Part shown: in pieces, positions 57,566 through 64,000 of the stretch | How the letters are laid out: every line of letters begins with the position of its first letter | Position numbering within the stretch: the first letter of the stretch is position 1 | NCBI GenBank assembly: GCA_038204425.1 | Contig: JBBRCZ010000008.1 | Span: 32,001-96,000, forward strand | Direction: 5' to 3' | Origin: Spirochaetia bacterium | Lineage (GTDB): Bacteria; Spirochaetota; Spirochaetia; DSM-27196; Salinispiraceae | Length of the DNA: 64,000 bases | Translations under genes and position numbers: made by a program | Notes under the pieces: generated by a model | What the model was told of the DNA's origin: nothing | Databases searched by the model: none | What the model saw: only the letters and a program-made list of their open reading frames with translations

Positions 57566-58681
57566 CTAGAGCAGCTGGTCTGGGTTGAGCGCCAATAAGT
57601 CCTCGCTCACAAACAGCCCATCTTTGCGCACCAAGACATTGTCAAACCAAATCTCTCCGCCACCGTAGTCTGGGCGCTGAATGAGCACCAAATCCCAATG
57701 AATAGAAGATTGATTTCCGTTGCTCGCCTCGTCATAGCAACGGCCTGGAGTGAGGTGCAAGCTACCGGCAATTTTTTCGTCAAAGAGTGTGTCTTTCATA
57801 GGGTGGAGAATGTAAGGGTTTACACCAATCGCAAACTCACCCACAAAGCGCGCACCATCGTCGCTGTCAAGGATAGAGTTGAGCCTGATGCTGTCATTGC
57901 TTGTTGCTTCTACTATTTTGCCATTTTTAAAGGCTAACTTGATATCGCTAAAACTCGAGCCTTGGTAGACACTGGGCGTGTTGTAGCTAATAGTGCCATT
58001 GATACTGTCTCGGACTGGTGCTGTAAAGACCTCGCCATCAGGTATGTTGAGTCTACCGTCGCACTTAATTGCAGGTATTCCTTTAATCGAAAAACTGAGC
58101 TCTGTCCCCGGGGAAACTATCCTGACTTGGTCGGTGGATTGCATGCGGCTCACGAGTGCGTCCATAGCCTTAGACATACGGCTATAGTCAAGATTGCACA
58201 CCTTAAAATAGAAGTCCTCAAAACGCTCGTGACTCATACCCGCGAGCTGGGCCATGCTGTTGTTTGGATAGCGCAAAATACACCATTTTGTTTTTTTTAC
58301 TCTAATGTCACTGTGGACAGGTGACCACCACAATTTTTGATAGAGCTCCAACTTGTCAGCCGGCAAATCTGCAAGCTCACTCACATTGTCACCACCGCGG
58401 ATTCCTATGTAGGCTTGCATGGCGCTCATACGTTCTTGTTCCCATGCTGCTTCTTGTTTAATCTGAGCTGGGTCGGCGTTCTCCAAAAGCACCCGCAAAA
58501 GCTCGTTGTTGCGAATTGCCATAAAAGGCAGACCGCCTGCCTTGTAGGCTGCCCTAATTAACTCGCGCGTCAGCATCACCTCGTTGCCAATGTTTTCTAT
58601 GAGGACTTTTTCGCCCGGCTGGAGCCTGACCGAATAGTTGATAAGATGGTGTGCCAACTGAGCAAAACGTGAATCTTTCAT
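57566..58681 (-). CDS. M29 family metallo-aminopeptidase (AmpS/PepS-like)
   Basis: NIPDGEVFTAP, GEFAIGVN, LFDEKIAGSLHLTPG, SSIHWD. Confidence 0.92.
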   Translation of the reverse strand: MKDSRFAQLAHHLINYSVRLQPGEKVLIENIGNEVMLTRELIRAAYKAGGLPFMAIRNNELLRVLLENADPAQIKQEAAWEQERMSAMQAYIGIRGGDNVSELADLPADKLELYQKLWWSPVHSDIRVKKTKWCILRYPNNSMAQLAGMSHERFEDFYFKVCNLDYSRMSKAMDALVSRMQSTDQVRIVSPGTELSFSIKGIPAIKCDGRLNIPDGEVFTAPVRDSINGTISYNTPSVYQGSSFSDIKLAFKNGKIVEATSNDSIRLNSILDSDDGARFVGEFAIGVNPYILHPMKDTLFDEKIAGSLHLTPGRCYDEASNGNQSSIHWDLVLIQRPDYGGGEIWFDNVLVRKDGLFVSEDLLALNPDQLL

Positions 58682-58685
58682 AGGC

Positions 58686-59399
58686 TTAGGATACTTGTAT
58701 GGCCACCGTGCTGTCAAAGGGAAACTTGATTACCCAATCACACTGCCGCGCTTCATGCGCATCGTGGGTGGCGGTTATGACGCTGGTTCCAACTCGCTTC
58801 CAAGCTTGACTTGCCAAAGCCAATAAGTCTTCTCCCTCGCTATCAAGGTTCTGTTGGGGTTCGTCGAGCAAAACCAAGGGGGCACGTCGTGCCAGCACAT
58901 AGGCAAGGTAGACTTTCTGACGTTCGCCACCTGAGAGCACACCGAGTGTCTTCTTCTGCTTTTTTTCCATACCTACAAATTCCAACGCTGCTTGAACCAC
59001 TTCTTCGTCGTGAGCATCAAAGGCCTCAAAAAGGCCTCGATTAGGAAAATGCGCCATTCTGACCAAGTCTCTCACCCTCATCGGCAAGAGTGGATTGGAA
59101 GGATGAAATTGCCCCAGCCAGGCCAGACTCTTGCTTGCATGACGCGGCTCGTGACCAAGTATCTTGACGCTTCCTGCTAACGCTCCAATTAAACCAGCCA
59201 CTGTCGACAAAAACGTTGTTTTTCCCGATCCGTTGCCGCCAACCAAGGCCAGAGATTGTCCGGCTTGCATAGTGATGCTTATATCGCTGGCAAGTGCCAG
59301 ACTTCCATAACCAATTGATACCTTAGAAACCTCAAGCAGCGCGGCACCATGGCTTGGCTTTTGTGACTCTACAAACAAGAGCTCATGTCTTGGATTCAT
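58686..59399 (-). CDS. Zn/Mn ABC importer ATP-binding subunit (ZnuC/AztA-like)
   Basis: GGNGSGKTT, LSGGERQ, LLDEP, THD. Confidence 0.9.
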   Translation of the reverse strand: MNPRHELLFVESQKPSHGAALLEVSKVSIGYGSLALASDISITMQAGQSLALVGGNGSGKTTFLSTVAGLIGALAGSVKILGHEPRHASKSLAWLGQFHPSNPLLPMRVRDLVRMAHFPNRGLFEAFDAHDEEVVQAALEFVGMEKKQKKTLGVLSGGERQKVYLAYVLARRAPLVLLDEPQQNLDSEGEDLLALASQAWKRVGTSVITATHDAHEARQCDWVIKFPFDSTVAIQVS

Positions 59400-60241
59400 G
59401 CTGCGTCCCTTCGGTAGCGATCTTTTAGAGTGCTAAACAACCACTCGCCCAAGAGCGTAGCAAAAAAGAAGCAGACTGCCGTTAAGATTATCGATGCCCC
59501 AGCTGCAAAACGTCCATAGTAGCTAATGACTAGGCCAATAAAGACGCTCAAGCTGCCAATAGTCCCGGAAACGAGCATCTGTGCAGCCATACTGTGTACC
59601 AGTACGGCTGCACTGGCGGCCGGTGCCACCAAAAGACCAAAGACCAACATTGTGCCTACGGTTTGGAAGGAAACGATTACTGTTGAAGCAATTAGCACCA
59701 GCATTATTGTGTGTAGCAGTCGTGGATTGTAACCAGACACACGCGCGTACTCTGGAGAAAAACACAAGAGTAGGAACGGTCTGCGCAAAACCCAACTTAT
59801 GATAATCAAGACCACAAGAGCGACAGCTTGTACTAGCAAGTCGGCGGCCGACACACCAAGTATCTCGCCAAACAAGATTTTTATCAGATCTCCAGAGAAA
59901 GAACTGGACCTAGAAACGATTACCACACCTAGCGCCAGCATGCCGACGAACAAGAGGCCAATTGCGGTATCTGCTGAAAGTCGTGTGCGCTTTTGAATCA
60001 AACTAATGCCGCCAATCATAGCAAGTGCGCCAAGGCCTGCTCCAGCAAGTCCGGGCGCACCTACCAAGACGGCACCGGCCACACCAGGCAAGACGCCATG
60101 CGCCAAGGCATCACCGATAAACGATAAGCCACGCAAAACCATCCAGGTGCCGACGATACCGCACAGGAAGGCCGCAAGAACTCCAGAGCAAAGTGCCATG
60201 AGCATAAAATTATTCTCTATAAAGAGATTGACGACGTTCAT
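59396..60241 (-). CDS. Zn/Mn ABC importer permease (ZnuB/AztB-like)
   Basis: LRGLSFIGDALAHGVLPG, DTAIG, LFGEIL, QTVGTMLV. Confidence 0.93.
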   Translation of the reverse strand: MNVVNLFIENNFMLMALCSGVLAAFLCGIVGTWMVLRGLSFIGDALAHGVLPGVAGAVLVGAPGLAGAGLGALAMIGGISLIQKRTRLSADTAIGLLFVGMLALGVVIVSRSSSFSGDLIKILFGEILGVSAADLLVQAVALVVLIIISWVLRRPFLLLCFSPEYARVSGYNPRLLHTIMLVLIASTVIVSFQTVGTMLVFGLLVAPAASAAVLVHSMAAQMLVSGTIGSLSVFIGLVISYYGRFAAGASIILTAVCFFFATLLGEWLFSTLKDRYRRDAA

Positions 60242-60498
60242 TTACTTGGATCCTCGTAGTTGCAGTGAATATGAACAGCTTGGCAGTCGTCACATTCTTC
60301 GACGACGTGATGCTGCAAAAAATCTTGCCAGTGTTTTTTTTGCGAGGGACTCAAACTACCACTTCCCTGGCAGAGTGGGCAGACATTGTTCATGGCAGAT
60401 AAAATTGCCTGCCGGATAAATTCAGACTTGTTTGGTAGACGCTGAATGACACCAGCCATATCCGCGTCTACCTTAAAAGTAATCACTTCATTTTTCAT
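60238..60498 (-). CDS. Ribbon-helix-helix (CopG-like) regulator with C-terminal Cys/His metal-binding domain
   Basis: VITFKVD strand plus NKSEFIRQAI helix; CPLC, HW, HH, CDDC, HIHC in 86 aa. Confidence 0.82.
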   Translation of the reverse strand: MKNEVITFKVDADMAGVIQRLPNKSEFIRQAILSAMNNVCPLCQGSGSLSPSQKKHWQDFLQHHVVEECDDCQAVHIHCNYEDPSK

Positions 60499-60514
60499 CT
60501 GCCTGGCCCCCAAA

Positions 60515-60554
60515 GTATAACAAGGTAATACCAGTCAGCAAATCGGGTTGTCAA
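60515..60554 (-). promoter_or_regulatory. Operator box GTATAAC-AAG-GTAATAC and internal promoter upstream of the RHH gene
   Basis: Box at 60515-60531; TTGACA at 60554-60549 puts the -10 region inside the box. Confidence 0.72.
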
Positions 60555-60564
60555 GTCAACTAGG

Positions 60565-61554
60565 CTATTTTAGCGCATCGACTATGGTATCAGTCAGACG
60601 CTCAATCATCGTAAACCACGAACCATCACTTCCCAACAAATGTGTGTCAATTGCAACAGCCTTAACACCGGCGTCACGCGCCAAGGCTTCGGCCACCTTT
60701 GGTGGGGTTCCAAGCTCGGTAAATACAACGTTGACTTTTTTGTCCTTGCTTAGCTTGGCCAAGGCGCTCACGTCTCCCGCCGAAACTCCCGCTTGGGTGC
60801 TAAAGCTCGGCACTATAGCCCCAAGCAAGCCAAAGCCGTAGCGATCAGCAAAGTAGCCAAGCGATTCATGTCCGGTAATCAAAAGTCTCTTATTCGCAGG
60901 TATCTGTGCAACTTTGGCCGTTATACTGCCGTCCAAATCAGCAACTCGCTTGGAAAACTGACTGGCATATTTTTGTAAATCTATTGAAAAACGACTCTTA
61001 ATTTCGATTGCAAATGCATTGGCGACCAGTGCGACAGCCTGCGGATCTAGCCAAAAGTGTGGATCGTTGCCGCCATGACCAAGTTCTTCGTCTCCGTGCT
61101 CGTCTTCTTCGTCTCCGTGCTCGTCTTCCACAGGATCGTCTTCGCTGACTTTCCTAATCGCTATATGATCGGTGGCAGTAAAAATGGGAATTCCCTTTTC
61201 TTTAGCTTGTGCCAAGGTCTTCTCAAGCCCGGCCTCAAGGCCGAGACCATTTACCACAATTAAATCTGCACCGTATACTTGGGCAATGTCTTGGGCAGAA
61301 GGCTCCCATTCATGAGGATCAAGACCATTGGGGATCAAGGTAAGCACGCTTGCTTGCTTGTTTAGTTCTTCGCCCAACAAATCAGAAAGCACGCTGCCTA
61401 GGATTGAATACGTGACCACAATTTTCTTAGTTTTGTTGTCTCGCGAATTCGCTGAATCGGATTTGCCTTGGCAAGAACCGAGAACCAGAAGCATAGCAGC
61501 TAAGACCGCTACGCCTAACATAGCAAAGCCTCGTATTAAGTAGATTCTTTTCAC
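60565..61554 (-). CDS. Zn/Mn ABC importer substrate-binding lipoprotein (ZnuA/AztC/TroA family)
   Basis: Lipobox LGSC; DPHEWEP, DPHFWLDP, GHESLGYF His ligands; acidic/His loop. Confidence 0.93.
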   Translation of the reverse strand: MKRIYLIRGFAMLGVAVLAAMLLVLGSCQGKSDSANSRDNKTKKIVVTYSILGSVLSDLLGEELNKQASVLTLIPNGLDPHEWEPSAQDIAQVYGADLIVVNGLGLEAGLEKTLAQAKEKGIPIFTATDHIAIRKVSEDDPVEDEHGDEEDEHGDEELGHGGNDPHFWLDPQAVALVANAFAIEIKSRFSIDLQKYASQFSKRVADLDGSITAKVAQIPANKRLLITGHESLGYFADRYGFGLLGAIVPSFSTQAGVSAGDVSALAKLSKDKKVNVVFTELGTPPKVAEALARDAGVKAVAIDTHLLGSDGSWFTMIERLTDTIVDALK

Positions 61555-61596
61555 AATATCACCTCTTTCGATAGTAAGGTCCGCGCATCGACGGCC

Positions 61597-61646
61597 GTAT
61601 TACTAAATAATACCGTATTATTTAGTAATACTTAATTGTCTGTCAA
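61597..61646 (-). promoter_or_regulatory. Perfect 35-bp palindrome (two operator boxes) overlapping the promoter of the metal ABC operon
   Basis: GTATTACTAAATAATAC-C-GTATTATTTAGTAATAC at 61597-61631; minus strand TTGACA(61646-61641)-18bp-AATAAT. Confidence 0.85.
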
Positions 61647-61680
61647 CAGCACTAGGCAAAATCAACACATTTTTATAGCA

Positions 61681-61709
61681 TTGACACATGACAACATTTG
61701 GGGTAGATA
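61681..61709 (+). promoter_or_regulatory. Sigma-70 promoter of tRNA-His
   Basis: TTGACA-17bp-TAGATA. Confidence 0.6.
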
Positions 61710-61727
61710 TATGGTCACCAAAATCTT

Positions 61728-61800
61728 GGTGGCTGTAGTTCAGTGGTAGAGCGCAAGATTGTGATTCTTGTTGTCGCGGGTTCAAATCCCGTCAGCCACC
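61728..61800 (+). tRNA. tRNA-His(GTG)
   Basis: G-1, acceptor GTGGCTG/CAGCCAC, anticodon arm CAAGA-TTGTGAT-TCTTG, TTCAAAT T-loop, C discriminator. Confidence 0.96.
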
Positions 61801-61836
61801 CTTACATGTTTGTATACCTTGGCAAGCATGTCTAAT

Positions 61837-61910
61837 GCGTTCGTAGCTCAGTTGGATAGAGTGCCGGACTTCGAATCCGAAGGTCGCAGGTTCGAGCCCT
61901 GCCGGACGCG
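61837..61910 (+). tRNA. tRNA-Arg(TCG)
   Basis: Acceptor GCGTTCG/CGGACGC, anticodon loop CTTCGAA, GGTTCGAGCC. Confidence 0.94.
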
Positions 61911-61962
61911 CTATGATTGACACGGTGTTAGTTTTCAGACTAATGTCTGTCCTTCGTTAAAG

Positions 61963-62035
61963 GGGCCGTTAGCTCAGTTGGTAGAGCAGAAGACTCTTAA
62001 TCTTCGGGTCGCAGGTTCGAATCCTGCACGGCTCA
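61963..62035 (+). tRNA. tRNA-Lys(CTT)
   Basis: Acceptor GGGCCGT/ACGGCTC, GAAGA-CTCTTAA-TCTTC. Confidence 0.96.
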
Positions 62036-62053
62036 AAAGCGCCCAAAAGGCGC

Positions 62054-62082
62054 TTGACAGATTGACCGAGCTGCGATAATAT
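62054..62082 (+). promoter_or_regulatory. Sigma-70 promoter of tRNA-Leu
   Basis: TTGACA-17bp-TAATAT, preceded by hairpin AAGCGCC-CAAAA-GGCGCTT. Confidence 0.55.
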
Positions 62083-62099
62083 CGCGATCGGTTCCGTAA

Positions 62100-62181
62100 G
62101 CGAGAGTGGTGGAATTGGTAGACACGCCAGACTTAGAATCTGGTGCCTTACGGTGTATGGGTTCAAGTCCCTTCTCTCGCA
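62100..62181 (+). tRNA. tRNA-Leu(TAG)
   Basis: Acceptor GCGAGAG/CTCTCGC, CCAGA-CTTAGAA-TCTGG, long variable arm. Confidence 0.95.
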
Positions 62182-62238
62182 CTGTTTCGCTTGTTGACCA
62201 TGGCAATGCTACTATTGACTTGCGTTTGTTTATTTCTT

Positions 62239-62310
62239 GCGGGAGTAGCTCAGTGGTAGAGCTCCACCTTGCCAAGGTGGATGTCGAGGGTTCAAGTCCC
62301 TTCTCCCGCT
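62239..62310 (+). tRNA. tRNA-Gly(GCC)
   Basis: Acceptor GCGGGAG/CTCCCGC, CCACC-TTGCCAA-GGTGG. Confidence 0.96.
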
Positions 62311-62319
62311 CTTAATGTT

Positions 62320-62353
62320 AAAAAGCGATCTGGGTATCCGGGTCGCTTTTTTT
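62320..62353 (+). terminator. Rho-independent terminator after the tRNA cluster
   Basis: AAAAAGCGATCTGG-GTAT-CCGGGTCGC followed by T7. Confidence 0.85.
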
Positions 62354-62432
62354 CTATCAGTCTCGTGCGCTCACTCGTGGCGCCGTCGCCGCATGGTCGT
62401 GCGACATAGTTTCCCTGCTGAGGTACCCATCC

Positions 62433-63797
62433 ATGGTTCAAAGTAAAAGCATCCAAAAACTTGACAAATCCAACGTCAAACTTTCACTCACAATTTCTGG
62501 TGAAGAAACACAAAAAGCCTATGACAAGCTTCTTGGTGACTATGCCAAAAAGGCTCAGATAAAAGGTTTTAGGCCCGGCAAAGTACCTACATCGGTACTG
62601 GAAACTAAGTATGGCGACTCGCTCAAGATTGAGACTGCCCAAGAAGCAATTGAAGCAAGCCTAAAGACTGTCTTGGCAGAAATCGAAGAAAAGCCTTTGC
62701 CCTATGCTCAACCTGTTTTGGACGAGGGCTTTAGTTTTGTTCCAGGGCAGGACTTTTGTTTTGCGGTTACTTACGACGTTTTTCCAAGCGTTGGCGCTAT
62801 AGATCAGACGGGCATGAGCTATGAAGACGACCAAGTAAGCATCGGCAAAGAAGATCTCGAGCTCGAACTCAAACAACTGCAAGAACAAAACTCCATCATG
62901 GCTGAAAGCGAAGGCCCAATCGTAAGCGGAGATATGGTAAGTGCCAATTTTTGGGAACTTGACGGTGAAGGCAATGAAGTACCGGGAAGTAAACGACAAG
63001 ACTTTGTCTTTACCATCGGACAAAACTCTAACTACTACTTATTTGATGACGAAGTAATTGCTGCCAAAAAAGGTCAGACTCTGAGCATCGATAAAACTTA
63101 TGCTGCCGACTATGAGAACCCAGAACTTGCAGGACGGACGGTAAAAATTAGCTTGGAAGTGAGCCGCATTCGTCGCAAGGATCTGCCGGATCTCGATGAT
63201 GAGCTTGCCCAAGACATTGATGAAAAATATAAAACGCTCGACGATCTCAAGAAAGACATCAAAGAACGTCTAGAAAAAACAGCCGAAAACAAACTGCGCC
63301 AAAAAAAAATAACCAGCATTATCGAACAGCTCTTGAGCAAGCAAGAAATTGTAGTTCCTGAGTCAATGGTAAACGCTGAGTTGTACCAAAAATATGATCA
63401 CATGGTTAGGCAGTTGGGTGGTAAAGAACAAACTCTGCTGCAACTCTTAGCAGCTCAAGGTTCGAGCCCACAGACTTTGATTGACTCATGGAGACCTTTG
63501 GCCGAAAAAGAAATTAAGTCATCGTTGATTATTCGCGAACTAATTAAATCTGAAAAGATTGAGGTGAGTGAAGAAGAGCTAAACGAAGAGATAAAGAAAC
63601 AAGGTGCCTTGTCTAACATGGATCAAGCGGCAGCCCGAGAATTTTTTGAAAAAAACAACTATTTGGATCAACTCAAGAACGCTGTTGAAGAGAAAAAACT
63701 TTTTGACGCCTTGTTCGCAAAAGCGAAGGCTGGCAAGGGCAAAAAAATTAAGTACGCCGACTTAGTCAAAGCTCATTCACATTCTGACAGTGACTAG
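62433..63797 (+). CDS. tig: Trigger factor
   Basis: GFRPGKVP ribosome-binding motif, FKBP-like domain, LPDLDDELAQ. Confidence 0.96.
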   Translation: MVQSKSIQKLDKSNVKLSLTISGEETQKAYDKLLGDYAKKAQIKGFRPGKVPTSVLETKYGDSLKIETAQEAIEASLKTVLAEIEEKPLPYAQPVLDEGFSFVPGQDFCFAVTYDVFPSVGAIDQTGMSYEDDQVSIGKEDLELELKQLQEQNSIMAESEGPIVSGDMVSANFWELDGEGNEVPGSKRQDFVFTIGQNSNYYLFDDEVIAAKKGQTLSIDKTYAADYENPELAGRTVKISLEVSRIRRKDLPDLDDELAQDIDEKYKTLDDLKKDIKERLEKTAENKLRQKKITSIIEQLLSKQEIVVPESMVNAELYQKYDHMVRQLGGKEQTLLQLLAAQGSSPQTLIDSWRPLAEKEIKSSLIIRELIKSEKIEVSEEELNEEIKKQGALSNMDQAAAREFFEKNNYLDQLKNAVEEKKLFDALFAKAKAGKGKKIKYADLVKAHSHSDSD

Positions 63798-63868
63798 CTG
63801 AGAGTATTTGACCATAAGGTTTTTTTTGCATACATTAAAATCTATTGATTTTGAGAGGCAGGGTTTTT

Positions 63869-64000
63869 ATGAGCACGATTTACAACGCATATTATCCGTC
63901 CATCTGGGAACAGACAGGACTTGGCGAACGTCAATGGGACCTTTTTGGTAGACTTCTTCGTGACCGGATTATTTTTTTGGACGGCGAGATCAACGATCAA
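63869..64000 (+). CDS. clpP: ClpP protease proteolytic subunit (partial, runs off right edge)
   Basis: Translated by hand: [44 protein letters not shown]; follows tig. Confidence 0.9.
   Translation, partial: MSTIYNAYYPSIWEQTGLGERQWDLFGRLLRDRIIFLDGEINDQ

Noticed and set aside
61597..61631. The palindrome as a classical Zur/Fur box or a Rho-independent terminator
   Set aside because: It does not match the Fur (GATAATGATAATCATTATC) or Zur-type consensus I know, is AT-rich with a 1-nt centre, has no U-tract and lies between divergent promoters.
61728..62310. tRNA cluster as the integration site of a genomic island carrying the ABC operon
   Set aside because: No integrase and no duplicated tRNA 3' end seen; the ABC operon is on the 5' side of the tRNAs.
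61969..62315. Small ORFs in the tRNA cluster
   Set aside because: They overlap clear tRNA genes and translate to typical tRNA-shadow peptides.

Overview
Chromosomal core region of a spirochete (Spirochaetota), judged from the Treponema/Borrelia-like gene order, the FlbB collar gene and the FlgE K165/C178 motif. Bases 1-43 kb are almost all on the minus strand. In transcription order they hold proA-proB, cheW, a DegT-like gene, nadK, recN, three hypothetical/envelope genes, DUF4912 plus GH57, the dcw cluster (mraZ to ftsZ), xerD-deoC-TPR-dprA-xerC-hslV-hslU, and the flagellar operon flgB to motB. The flagellar operon stops after motB and is followed by a nucleotidyltransferase-like gene and a GH18 chitinase that runs off the left edge. 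The right third holds a 2198-aa Ig-repeat protein with a likely C-terminal beta-barrel, mazG, an envelope trio, bioB, metA, an M29 aminopeptidase, a Zn/Mn ABC importer, five tRNAs, tig and the start of clpP. The best candidate for an undescribed system is an 86-aa ribbon-helix-helix protein with two CxxC motifs inside the metal ABC operon. Three near-perfect GTATTAC-N3-GTAATAC boxes overlap the predicted promoters of the binding-protein gene and of this regulator, suggesting a Zur-independent metal-uptake repressor with its operator. I saw no CRISPR array, prophage, IS or rRNA. All calls come from reading motifs by eye; no searches were run.
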